This document shows, piece after piece, positions 28,406-38,233 of a stretch of DNA of 64,000 bases (the first letter of the stretch is position 1; each line of letters begins with the position of its first letter). Both the position numbers and the translations under genes were made by a program. The notes beneath the pieces are model-generated. The model saw nothing but the letters and a program-made list of their open reading frames with translations, had not been told where the DNA came from and did no database searches. Origin of the DNA: Alphaproteobacteria bacterium (GTDB lineage Bacteria; Pseudomonadota; Alphaproteobacteria; Rs-D84); NCBI GenBank assembly GCA_031549365.1, contig JAVBPX010000004.1, positions 46,627 through 110,626 on the forward strand, in the 5' to 3' direction.

Positions 28406-29887
28406 ATGTTGGAAACACTACGTAATGCTTCGGATAAACTGTGGGCCAAAATATTAATGGGCGTATTAATTTTTTCATTTGTTGGCTGGGGTGTTGCATC
28501 TTGGATTTTTGGTGAAAACCGCATGGACGATTCTGTTGTAACGGTCGGTGACCAATCGGTTAAAATTACTGAATTTGACCGTGAAATGAACCGTCAATTG
28601 GCCCAAATGTCCAAAGCGATGAGCAAAGAAATTTACACAGATCCAACCGCCCGTCTTTACTTTGCGGAACAAGTATTATCAAATTTGGTATCACGCCTAT
28701 TACTGGAACAACGCGCAATTGATTTGAAATTAACCGTATCGAATCAATATATCGCATCCATCATTAAAAATGCCCCAGAATTCCAGGAAAACGGATTTTT
28801 CAGCACTGAAAAATTCGACGCAATTTTATATTCAAATCAAATGACCGAAGACCAATTTGCAAACACACTCCGTCGCCAATATTTGCGGGAATTGGTACTG
28901 GTTGGATTGGTTGAATCATCAATTGTTCCAAACTTTTTCTCGGCCGGGGTTTACAATAATCGTTACCACGAACGCCGTATTGATTACAGCGTAATTAAAT
29001 ATGATGATTTCAAAATATCTGAAACTCCAACTGAATCAGATTTAAAAAAATTATATGCAATCGAAAAACCAATGATGCCCGAATATCGCAAAATTTCATA
29101 CATCTTGGTTCCTGTCAAAGATATGAAAAATCCGGACTCATACGACAACGGTTACGCCCGCGCACAAAAGGTCGAAGACGCAATCATCAGTGGCGAACCA
29201 ATGAAATCAGTTGCTGAGAAATTCAAAGCAACATATGTTTCGCGCGAACCAATGACAATTCAACACAAAGACATCAATGGGAAAACTATCAATGATCCCA
29301 TTTTAAACGACACCATGATTAATTCCATATTTACAATGGAGAGCGGTATCGAAAGCCCATTAATGGAAATAAATTCTGGTTTTTTAATTGTACGCGTTGA
29401 TCAAATCGATACTGCCCGCGCAACTCCATTTGAAAAGGTAAAAGAAAGTTTAAAAACAACATGGATTGAAAAACAAAAAGAAAAATTGGCATACGCCCGC
29501 GCAAACGATATGTTGTCCAATATCAAACAGGGCAAATCTTTCAAAGAAGCCGCTGGCGCTTCCAGCGTATCATCATACCAAATGGGCAGCCGCGTTACAC
29601 GCACATCCACATCAATTTTCCCATCCGAAGTGGTTACAACAACATTCGCAACCAAACCCGGAAAAACCGTATTGGCCCAGGGCAACCGTGCATTCCACCT
29701 TGTTCATGTAATAGAACAAGTCAAACCAACCATTGATACGGAAAAAATGAAAAGCATTAAATCCGAATCATCCAACATGATTTCAAAAATGTTGATTGAT
29801 GATTATACTGGATTCTTGGCCCGCCAATATCCAGTACACACAAACGAACGTTTATTTAATAAAATGTTCACACCGCAACAACCATAA
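28406..29887 (+). CDS. ppiD: PpiD/SurA-N-domain periplasmic chaperone
   Basis: MLETLR...LIFSFVGWG anchor, SurA-N region and PEYRKISY; divergent from tpiA as in alphaproteobacteria. Confidence 0.8.
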   Translation: MLETLRNASDKLWAKILMGVLIFSFVGWGVASWIFGENRMDDSVVTVGDQSVKITEFDREMNRQLAQMSKAMSKEIYTDPTARLYFAEQVLSNLVSRLLLEQRAIDLKLTVSNQYIASIIKNAPEFQENGFFSTEKFDAILYSNQMTEDQFANTLRRQYLRELVLVGLVESSIVPNFFSAGVYNNRYHERRIDYSVIKYDDFKISETPTESDLKKLYAIEKPMMPEYRKISYILVPVKDMKNPDSYDNGYARAQKVEDAIISGEPMKSVAEKFKATYVSREPMTIQHKDINGKTINDPILNDTMINSIFTMESGIESPLMEINSGFLIVRVDQIDTARATPFEKVKESLKTTWIEKQKEKLAYARANDMLSNIKQGKSFKEAAGASSVSSYQMGSRVTRTSTSIFPSEVVTTTFATKPGKTVLAQGNRAFHLVHVIEQVKPTIDTEKMKSIKSESSNMISKMLIDDYTGFLARQYPVHTNERLFNKMFTPQQP

Positions 29888-29903
29888 TTTAATAATGCTG
29901 AAT

Positions 29904-29932
29904 AAAAAATCCTGTCTTTCGACAGGATTTTT
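29904..29932. terminator. Bidirectional terminator
   Basis: AAAAATCCTGTC-TTTC-GACAGGATTTTT. Confidence 0.85.
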
Positions 29933-31053
29933 TATTCAGCGGTATAACGCTTTATAAAGCCATCCTTGAACTTTTCAAATTCATCATTTTCAATCGCATT
30001 ACGAATGTCGTTCATTAAATCCTGATAAAATTGAATATTATGATTGGTCAATAACATCGCACCCAATATTTCATCTGCCTTGATTAAATGATGAATGTAC
30101 GCACGCGACAATCCCCGTGAACACGCAATACATTTACAATTTGAATCAATTGGCGCATCATCCAATTTATGTTTTGCATTTCGCATATTTAACGTGCCGT
30201 CCCAAATAAATGCCTGGGCTGTGCGACCTGCGCGCGTTGGCATAACACAATCAAACATATCAATTCCGCGTTCAACCGCACCCAATATATCCAGAGGCGT
30301 TCCAACGCCCATTAAATAACGCGGTTTATCAAATGGCAACAACGGCGTTGTATGCGATAATACATTAAACATAACGTTTTGGGGTTCTCCAACGGCCAAA
30401 CCACCAACAGCATACCCATCAAAATTTAATTCAACCAATTCATTTGCAGATTTTGTGCGCAGGTCCAAAAAATCAGCCCCCTGAACAATTCCAAAAATTC
30501 CATAACCATCACGATCAATAAATGCATCGCGTGAACGTTTTGCCCAACGAGTTACCATATCAACATTTTTTTCAACACGATCACGCGGCGCGGGCAAATG
30601 TAAACATTCATCCAACACCATGGTAATATTTGAATCCAATTGATGTTGAATTTGAACTGATTTTTCTGGCGTTAAAAAATGTTTAACCCCGCCATCAATA
30701 TGTGATGTGAAATGTACACCCTCTTCCGTCATTTTGGTTAATGTGGACAAAGACATTACCTGGAATCCGCCACTATCTGTTAAAATTGGTCCATCCCATC
30801 CGCTAAATTTATGCAATCCTCCCATCTGTTCAACCAAATCGCCACCAGGTCGCAACATCAAATGATATGTGTTGCCCAAAATTACTTGGCATCCAGTATT
30901 ACGAACCATATCCGTTGTTTGCGCCTTGACCGTACCGGCAGTCCCAACCACCATAAATGTTGGTGTCTGAACATCCCCGTGCGCGGTTGACAACACCCCA
31001 CGCCGCGCCATGGAATTTTTCGATGCTTTTAATAATTTATATTTCAATGCCAC
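29932..31053 (-). CDS. tgt: tRNA-guanine transglycosylase
   Basis: NTYHL, TDSGGFQV, GIVQG, DMFDCVMPTR and Zn site CKCIAC...HN. Confidence 0.98.
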   Translation of the reverse strand: MALKYKLLKASKNSMARRGVLSTAHGDVQTPTFMVVGTAGTVKAQTTDMVRNTGCQVILGNTYHLMLRPGGDLVEQMGGLHKFSGWDGPILTDSGGFQVMSLSTLTKMTEEGVHFTSHIDGGVKHFLTPEKSVQIQHQLDSNITMVLDECLHLPAPRDRVEKNVDMVTRWAKRSRDAFIDRDGYGIFGIVQGADFLDLRTKSANELVELNFDGYAVGGLAVGEPQNVMFNVLSHTTPLLPFDKPRYLMGVGTPLDILGAVERGIDMFDCVMPTRAGRTAQAFIWDGTLNMRNAKHKLDDAPIDSNCKCIACSRGLSRAYIHHLIKADEILGAMLLTNHNIQFYQDLMNDIRNAIENDEFEKFKDGFIKRYTAE

Positions 31054-31064
31054 AAAGTTTTCCT

Positions 31065-32345
31065 TTATTTAAAATTTTCTTGCCACACAGATTTTAAATC
31101 CACCTCAAAATCGGCACCCTGGGTTATTATTGAAATATCTCCATCAAAATAACCACGGGAATTTTCAATAACTTCATCCCGACGTATGGATTTAGACATT
31201 TCGACAACGTTATAAAAATCATACAACAAACCATAATTTCTATGAAACCCTGTTAACCTGTCGCATCTGCTGGTTGCAGACTCTAGCCAATCTGCATTGC
31301 CCAGCCTGTTTTTACGAAAAAAACGATCCAGATCTTCATCTGTTATTTCGTTTTCATTATAAATTTTAAAAGCATTTTTTGCAATCAACGAAACCGCTTT
31401 CTCTATATTTTTAACCGACGTTTCTGTTGCAAATCCATTCAAACAAAATTTTTCATTTCCAACGTCGGTCAAGCCAAACCCGTAAACCAATCCGTTTTCA
31501 TGGCGCAGAACTTCATACATTTTTTTACCCATAAATCTTTCAAATTTTGAAACCGACATTCTTTTATATCTGTTTTCAAATTTTTGATCCCAAATTTCAG
31601 GAAATAAAATCCTTAATTTAATATTGTTTTTATCAGGCTTTGAATTATGAGCAATTGCTGGAATATAATTTATATCTGAATTTTCTGACACTTCTATCGA
31701 TGGCAACCATCCAAACGTTTTTTCCAAACATTTCAAGAGTTCCGTCTCGTCATGGATTTTTCCAGATATCCCAATTATGCAATTTTTAGCAGACAAACGC
31801 AGTGACAAAAATTCCAACATCTGGTCTCTGGTAAAACTTTCAATGTTCTCAAAATTACCCAATGTCCCGCCCAAAGATGAACCCAATGCTCCATTAAACA
31901 AGGTTTCCGACATAAAATTTGATAATTGCCTGCCCTCGTTATCCAAACTACGCCTTAATTCATCTGAAATTACACCTCGTTCAATTTCTATTTTTTCTTG
32001 CAAAAATAATGAATTTTGTATCTGATCTCCCAAAAAATCCACCAATATATTCACGTTTTCGGCTAAAATTCTACCATAAAAACTCAAACCAGAATTCCCT
32101 GTGCTTGCATTTGTGGAACCTGAATGATATTCGAAATAATCATCTATTATTTTTTTTGTTGGGAACCTGGTGGTTCCTTTGCACAACATATGTTCGCAAA
32201 AATGGGTTAAACCTTTCTCATTTATTTTTTCATCCCTGGATCCTGTAAAAAAGCTAACCTTGACACTGGTTGTTTCCAAATCCATCGAATCAAGTATAAT
32301 CGTAACCCCATTTGATAATTTATGTAATGTTGGCACAAACTTCAT
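31065..32345 (-). CDS. M16 (pitrilysin-family) zinc peptidase
   Basis: GSRDE...GLTHFCEHMLCKGT, NAST, ERGVISDE and LRHENGLVY. Confidence 0.9.
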   Translation of the reverse strand: MKFVPTLHKLSNGVTIILDSMDLETTSVKVSFFTGSRDEKINEKGLTHFCEHMLCKGTTRFPTKKIIDDYFEYHSGSTNASTGNSGLSFYGRILAENVNILVDFLGDQIQNSLFLQEKIEIERGVISDELRRSLDNEGRQLSNFMSETLFNGALGSSLGGTLGNFENIESFTRDQMLEFLSLRLSAKNCIIGISGKIHDETELLKCLEKTFGWLPSIEVSENSDINYIPAIAHNSKPDKNNIKLRILFPEIWDQKFENRYKRMSVSKFERFMGKKMYEVLRHENGLVYGFGLTDVGNEKFCLNGFATETSVKNIEKAVSLIAKNAFKIYNENEITDEDLDRFFRKNRLGNADWLESATSRCDRLTGFHRNYGLLYDFYNVVEMSKSIRRDEVIENSRGYFDGDISIITQGADFEVDLKSVWQENFK

Positions 32346-32357
32346 TTTAAACCTCTT

Positions 32358-33377
32358 TTAATTTCTAAATAACAAACAGCAATCGCCGTACGAATAAAAA
32401 CGATATTTTTCGTCAATTGCATGTTGATACGCGGCCTTCATATTTTCCAATCCAGCAAACGCAGATACCAACATGAATAACGTAGAACACGGCAAATGAA
32501 AATTGGTTAACAAAATATCAACCGCTTGAAATTTATAACCCGGCGTAATAAAAATCGATGTTTTATCAAAAAATTCATGAACACGACCATCACGCGATGC
32601 GCTTTCCAGCAACCGCAACGATGTTGTGCCAATCGCAATCACGCGGCCTCCATTTGCACGTGCATTATTAATTTCCGCGGCTTGATTCGTCGTTATTTCA
32701 CCATATTCCGAATGCATTTTATGATCATTTGTATCATCAACCTTGACCGGCAAAAATGTTCCGGCACCAACATGCAATGTTATTTCAACAATTTTAACTC
32801 CGCGCGATTTAATCGCATCCAATAATTTGTTTGTAATATGCAACCCCGCAGTGGGCGCAGCCATCGATCCAACGGGTTTTGAATATACGGTTTGATAGCG
32901 TTCATTGTCGGATTTATCGGCACGACGTTTCATATATGGAGGCAACGGCATTTCGCCAACACGATTTAAGACATCAACGATGGAATTATCGTCCACCAAA
33001 AATTGTAATTTTAATCCGCTTTCATCCGATTTATCCAAAACCAAAATTTTCGTACCATCAATCAATGTTAATTCGTCACCAATTTTAATGCGACGACTCT
33101 TTAAACACATTCCGAACCAAATATTGCCCGCATCCATCGTATGCAACGTCATTTCATAATCGCGACCCATCACATCCGTTACAATAAATCGGGACGGCAA
33201 TACGCGTGAATTATTCAAAACCATAATATCACCAGGCTTTAAATATTCCAAAATGTCCCAAACGTGGCGGTTATTCATTTCCGGCACAACCAACATACGC
33301 GACGCATCGCGTTTTTCCAACGGTTGCGATGCAATTAATTCTTCGGGTAATTTAAAATCAAACTCACAAACTTTCAT
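32358..33377 (-). CDS. queA: S-adenosylmethionine:tRNA ribosyltransferase-isomerase
   Basis: MPLPPY, YQTVY, AAPTAGLH, TLHVGAGTF, TNFHLP.STL and YRFYSYGD. Confidence 0.98.
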   Translation of the reverse strand: MKVCEFDFKLPEELIASQPLEKRDASRMLVVPEMNNRHVWDILEYLKPGDIMVLNNSRVLPSRFIVTDVMGRDYEMTLHTMDAGNIWFGMCLKSRRIKIGDELTLIDGTKILVLDKSDESGLKLQFLVDDNSIVDVLNRVGEMPLPPYMKRRADKSDNERYQTVYSKPVGSMAAPTAGLHITNKLLDAIKSRGVKIVEITLHVGAGTFLPVKVDDTNDHKMHSEYGEITTNQAAEINNARANGGRVIAIGTTSLRLLESASRDGRVHEFFDKTSIFITPGYKFQAVDILLTNFHLPCSTLFMLVSAFAGLENMKAAYQHAIDEKYRFYSYGDCCLLFRN

Positions 33378-33402
33378 ATATTTTCCAGACTTTTGTTTTT
33401 CC

Positions 33403-33532
33403 TAAATTTGCATCAAAATGCGATGATTGTAAAGAATTTATTGTTTTTCAAGACCCGCGGTGTATACAAACATACATAAGGGTTTTGAAAAACAATAAAC
33501 TTGTTTAGAGGCGCGCATTTTCATGTAAATTA
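33403..33532. repeat. Stop-codon-associated palindromic element, copy 3
   Basis: IR AATTTgCATcAAAATGCG / CGCATTTTCATGTAAATT; inner stem TTTATTGTTTTTCAAGACCC / GGGTTTTGAAAAACAATAAA; core GTATA-CAA-ACATAC; about 6 bp from the era stop. Confidence 0.8.
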
Positions 33533-33538
33533 TATAAA

Positions 33539-34429
33539 TTATGCGAATTTAAGGCCACTATCTTCATAAAATTCCGCCCTCTCTTCCCACTTCGGGTCAA
33601 CTTTTACAAACAGTTTCAGTCGAACGCCCTGGCCCCATTCTTTTTGCAATTCTAAACGGGCGGCCATTCCAATACGCTTCAAACTCTCGCCTCGTGTTCC
33701 AACAACAATTTTTTTATACGAATCTTTCGGGACAAAAATTGTTTGATCAATCTCAACAACACCTTCTTCTGTGTCTTTGATTTGATCCGTCATAACGTGA
33801 ATATGATATGGCAATTCTTGGTGAATAAATTTATAAATTTTTTCGCGAGTAATTTCCGCAGCATATAATTTTTCAGGCACATCAACCGCAGTTTCCGGGT
33901 CAAATAAATATGGGGATTCAGGCATAACATCGGCCAACTTTTTTAATACAGCATCAACCCCTGTTTTCTTTAATGCAGAAATCATAAACACTTCTTTAAA
34001 ATTTGCCATTTCCATCAACGATTGGGCCAGAGGCAACAAATCCGCCTTGTTCACAGCATCCACCTTGTTTAATGCAACAAACAAATTCGGATGATCTGAA
34101 ATACGTTTTAAAATATTTTTAATTGTCTGGGTAATTCCGTGCGTTGCATCAACCATTAACAACACAGCATCAGCCTGTAATATTGATCCATACGCCGCAT
34201 CAACCATCGCACGATCCAAGCGTCGTTCCGGTTTAAAAATACCAGGCGTATCAATAAACACCAGCTGTTTATCACCAACCATTTTCACAGCACGAATTTG
34301 CGTACGTGTTGTTTGAACTTTGTGCGAAACGATCGCAGCCTTTTGTCCAATAACCAAATTCAAAAACGTAGATTTACCAGCATTCGTCGGGCCAATAATA
34401 GCAACGAAACCAGAATAAGTTTTAATCAT
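33539..34429 (-). CDS. era: GTPase Era
   Basis: GPTNAGKST, QTTR, DTPG, NKVD and KH-domain QELPY. Confidence 0.97.
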   Translation of the reverse strand: MIKTYSGFVAIIGPTNAGKSTFLNLVIGQKAAIVSHKVQTTRTQIRAVKMVGDKQLVFIDTPGIFKPERRLDRAMVDAAYGSILQADAVLLMVDATHGITQTIKNILKRISDHPNLFVALNKVDAVNKADLLPLAQSLMEMANFKEVFMISALKKTGVDAVLKKLADVMPESPYLFDPETAVDVPEKLYAAEITREKIYKFIHQELPYHIHVMTDQIKDTEEGVVEIDQTIFVPKDSYKKIVVGTRGESLKRIGMAARLELQKEWGQGVRLKLFVKVDPKWEERAEFYEDSGLKFA

Positions 34430-35601
34430 TCATAATCCTTTAATATTTTATCAATTTCTTCGACTGTATACAGTGTATCAGATTGTAACCAAATTTGCAA
34501 AATTTGATCTATTTTTGTCCCAAATGTTGAAACATCGCGGCCCATATCATACCATTTTTGAATATAATACGAACGAATTGGTGTAAAATCTGGATCCTCC
34601 ATCGAAAAATCCATTTTGCGTCCACGCAAAATTGCCCAATCCATGCAAACATCACGTCCATATAAAAATAAACGCGCACGATTTGTTGATGTTACATCGT
34701 ATAAACATTTGCGCAAATTGTTGTAATACTTTTTTTCATCCCGCGTTAAAACAAATCTTATTAAATTTGGAATACGCCCTGCACAGCAAACGTACAAACG
34801 TAATAATACGCTGGCTCCACTGTGGACAACGCGTGAAAATAAAACTGGGTCAACATTCCCGCCAAACAAAATCCGTGACAATCCATCACGATTCAAAATT
34901 GAAATAACGTCCGTTGCTCGTTTTGTCATTAATATTTTAAACATTTCAGCACGAATTCTTTCGTTCGATACAGTCTTTAATTTATTTTTAAACAATCGAC
35001 AACATAACCGTGAAAATCCAGTCAAACCAACACGACCATACCTACCCCAAAAACGATACATGCGCAAAATTCGCAAATAATCTTCGCGAATTCTAAAAAA
35101 TGGCAAACCAATAAACTTAATTCGCCCAGTCCACAAATCATCCAATCCACGAACATCATCATGTAATGTTCCATTCAAATCAACATACAACGCATTAATT
35201 GTAAAATCCCGACGACGAGCATCCAATTTCCAATCATGTGTCAATTTAATATCCGCATGACGCCCATAATTTTTAACATCGCGACGGAACGGAGCAATCT
35301 GAACATAAATTTTATCAAACCCATGATAAAAAATAAATGACACAACACCATAACGTTTATCCTGCTGCACGCCTGCAAACGGAGATCCCGGATATCCAGA
35401 ACGACGCCGTAATGCATCATACACAACATCCATCGGTGCATCAGTTGAAATATCAACATCCTGGGTATCCAAACCCAATAATGCATCCCTAACAACCCCG
35501 CCAACAAAATATACTGAATACCCTCGCCTCTGCATTAATGTTAAAAACACCATCAAAGGTTCCATCTGTAATACGGCAAAGCGTTGCGGGCTTAATCTCA
35601 T
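34426..35601 (-). CDS. CCA-adding/poly(A) polymerase family nucleotidyltransferase
   Basis: VGGVVRDALLG..DVD, DARRRDFTINA, EDYLRILR and SNERI..E. Confidence 0.9.
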   Translation of the reverse strand: MRLSPQRFAVLQMEPLMVFLTLMQRRGYSVYFVGGVVRDALLGLDTQDVDISTDAPMDVVYDALRRRSGYPGSPFAGVQQDKRYGVVSFIFYHGFDKIYVQIAPFRRDVKNYGRHADIKLTHDWKLDARRRDFTINALYVDLNGTLHDDVRGLDDLWTGRIKFIGLPFFRIREDYLRILRMYRFWGRYGRVGLTGFSRLCCRLFKNKLKTVSNERIRAEMFKILMTKRATDVISILNRDGLSRILFGGNVDPVLFSRVVHSGASVLLRLYVCCAGRIPNLIRFVLTRDEKKYYNNLRKCLYDVTSTNRARLFLYGRDVCMDWAILRGRKMDFSMEDPDFTPIRSYYIQKWYDMGRDVSTFGTKIDQILQIWLQSDTLYTVEEIDKILKDYE

Positions 35602-35686
35602 ACCGCTATTTAACCATAATAATTTGGGATGTAAAGCACTTTATACACCACTTGCGCGATAAAAAAATATGTGCTATAAATCACGC

Positions 35687-36784
35687 ATGAAAAAAATAAT
35701 TTACCTATTTTTAATAATGATTTCATTGCCACTGTATGCAGCAAGCGATTCAGAATTGGGAAAAATCCAATCGGACATACGGACTGCGGAATCCCGCCAA
35801 CGTGCTTTGGAAAAACAATCTTCTGAATTGGCAAAATCCATGAATAAAACCAAATCAGAATTGGTAACTTCGGCAAAAAAAATGAAGGGCTTGGAATCAG
35901 AAAAGAGTCAATTGGACACAAAACTATCAAAATTAACCAACGAACGTGATCGATTACGTGCAAAATTGGGCGCACATCAATCCGAAATGTCTTTTGCTGT
36001 GGCGTCATTATTGCACATGTCGCATACTCCTGGGTCCATTGCATTAACAGCACACGCATCCGAAATGGACGACACGGTACATGCATCCGAATTATTGCGC
36101 ACAATGTCTGAACAATTTTCCAATCAAATAACAGAATATGAAAAACAACTGGCTGAATTAAATTCCGTTCAAAAACAAATCGGAACTGAACGAGAAAAAT
36201 TGGGCAAAACCATGGTTAAATACAAATCTCAACAATCGGATTTGGAAAAATTAATGTCCGATCGACGCAAACAAAATAAGAGCCTGCTGTCCGAACAGCA
36301 AGAATTACAAAAAAAACTGCGCGCCCTGGCGGAACGGGCAAAATCATTGACGGACCTGGTCGAAGCAACGCCCAAAGCAAAAACATACCGCCCTCCATCC
36401 GGCGGTGGCGCCACAATGGATTCGCCAGTACTTGGAATGTTGTTACGTGGCTGGCGCGATAAATCCGCACTGGGATTAATATCAGACGGCTGGTACATCC
36501 GAACACCAAATAACGCAACTGTAACGGCACCTGCGGATGCAACAGTTGCATTTGCGGACCATTTCAAAGGCTATAATAAAATCTTGATTTTGGATCATCA
36601 TAACGGCTATTATAGCGTATTGACAGGATTGGAAATTTTGGACGTTATGGTTGGTCAATCGGTATTGGGCGGGGAACCCATTGCGCGGATGGGTCCAACA
36701 AACCCAGAGTTATATTTGGAATTACGATACAAGAATCAGGCAATTGATCCTGCCACCAGATACAGACAACCCAGAGGAAGGTAA
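35687..36784 (+). CDS. envC: Murein hydrolase activator EnvC family
   Basis: Signal peptide, coiled coil and degenerate M23 domain (LYLELR); upstream of the S41 peptidase. Confidence 0.85.
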   Translation: MKKIIYLFLIMISLPLYAASDSELGKIQSDIRTAESRQRALEKQSSELAKSMNKTKSELVTSAKKMKGLESEKSQLDTKLSKLTNERDRLRAKLGAHQSEMSFAVASLLHMSHTPGSIALTAHASEMDDTVHASELLRTMSEQFSNQITEYEKQLAELNSVQKQIGTEREKLGKTMVKYKSQQSDLEKLMSDRRKQNKSLLSEQQELQKKLRALAERAKSLTDLVEATPKAKTYRPPSGGGATMDSPVLGMLLRGWRDKSALGLISDGWYIRTPNNATVTAPADATVAFADHFKGYNKILILDHHNGYYSVLTGLEILDVMVGQSVLGGEPIARMGPTNPELYLELRYKNQAIDPATRYRQPRGR

Positions 36785-36785
36785 A

Positions 36786-38210
36786 ATGTTTAAAAAATTT
36801 ATACTATGTCTATTTTTATTAATGTCCCCGGCCATCGCCGCGGAAAAACCGGAACCGATTAAACATCTGTCAGACGAACAAATATACGAAATGATGAAAA
36901 AATTCGCCATGGCATTCGAAGTGGCCCGCACTGATTACGTCGAAGAAATTGATGAAAAAAAGGCCATCGAAGCCGCAATTAACGGCATGTTGGAATCATT
37001 GGATCCACATTCCAGTTATTTAAATGCAGATGACTATCATGATTTCACAGACCGCACATCCGGTCAATTTGGGGGATTGGGAATACAAATTACGGCCGAT
37101 CGTGGCGTAATCAAAGTTATATCGCCAATGGACGATTCTCCTGCGCAACGTGCTGGGATAAACGCAGGCGATTATATTACACACATCGACAACGAACAGG
37201 TCCAAGGCTTAACATTAACCCAAGCCGTAAAAAAAATGAAAGGCAAACCCGGGACCAAAGTCAAATTAACAATCATCGGGAAAAGCATGGCCGAACCAAA
37301 AACAATTACCCTGACCCGCGCAATGATCAAGGTTAATTCCGTTAAATTCGAATTAAAAGATGACAATGTTGGTTATATTAGAATCTCTGATTTTGGTGCA
37401 ACAACTGTCCGTGAATTACACAATGCTATCAAAGACTTAAATGCCCGCGCCAAAAAGAACAAAAAAGAAATCATCGGATATGTAATTGATGTCCGTAACA
37501 ATCCAGGCGGATTTTTGGAAGCAGCAATCGGCGTTTCCGATACTTTCCTGGAATCTGGGGAAATTGTATCAACCCGCGGACGTAAAAAAACCGATGTTGA
37601 TCGCAGTTACGCAAAATCCGGCGATATGGCCAACGGCAAACCAATTGTAGTTTTGATCAATCACGGATCTGCATCTGCATCTGAAATTGTTGCCGGCGCA
37701 ATCCAAGACAACAAACGCGGATTGGTAATGGGAACCCAAAGTTTTGGCAAAGGTTCGGTTCAACAACAAAAAGTTTTGGGCGATAACACAGCAATTCATT
37801 TAACAATTGCACGTTATTATACACCAAACGGCACATCAATCCAAGGCAAAGGGATTACACCTGATGTCGAAATAATGCAGTCCAAAGTTGAAACTCTGGA
37901 AAAGAAAACCGACATTTTTTCCGAAGCAACCTTAATCAATGCATTAAAAAACGAGGATGATAAATCAGACAAAAACAACGAAAAATCTGACGAAAAAAAA
38001 GATGATAAATCCGATTATCAATTGGAACGTGCGGTTGATATGGTTCGTGCATTGTCTGTAATGCAACCAAAACCAACTGCTGAAAAATCTGATGATAAAT
38101 CGGGCGATAAAAAATCAGAATCAAAATCTGAAAAAAAAGATTCCGATAAAAAAATCGTACCATCCGATCAACGCGCCAACGAATCCGACAAAAGCGCAGA
38201 CAAAAAATAA
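36786..38210 (+). CDS. ctpA: Carboxyl-terminal protease, S41 family
   Basis: LDPHS, PDZ FGGLGI, DVRNNPGG, SASASEIVAG and SFGKGSVQ. Confidence 0.95.
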   Translation: MFKKFILCLFLLMSPAIAAEKPEPIKHLSDEQIYEMMKKFAMAFEVARTDYVEEIDEKKAIEAAINGMLESLDPHSSYLNADDYHDFTDRTSGQFGGLGIQITADRGVIKVISPMDDSPAQRAGINAGDYITHIDNEQVQGLTLTQAVKKMKGKPGTKVKLTIIGKSMAEPKTITLTRAMIKVNSVKFELKDDNVGYIRISDFGATTVRELHNAIKDLNARAKKNKKEIIGYVIDVRNNPGGFLEAAIGVSDTFLESGEIVSTRGRKKTDVDRSYAKSGDMANGKPIVVLINHGSASASEIVAGAIQDNKRGLVMGTQSFGKGSVQQQKVLGDNTAIHLTIARYYTPNGTSIQGKGITPDVEIMQSKVETLEKKTDIFSEATLINALKNEDDKSDKNNEKSDEKKDDKSDYQLERAVDMVRALSVMQPKPTAEKSDDKSGDKKSESKSEKKDSDKKIVPSDQRANESDKSADKK

Positions 38211-38233
38211 CAACAAACAAAAAGACAGAAACT

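Noticed and set aside
37950-38210. Repeated GATAAATC/AAAATCTGA motifs
   Set aside because: They encode the Lys/Asp/Ser-rich tail of CtpA.
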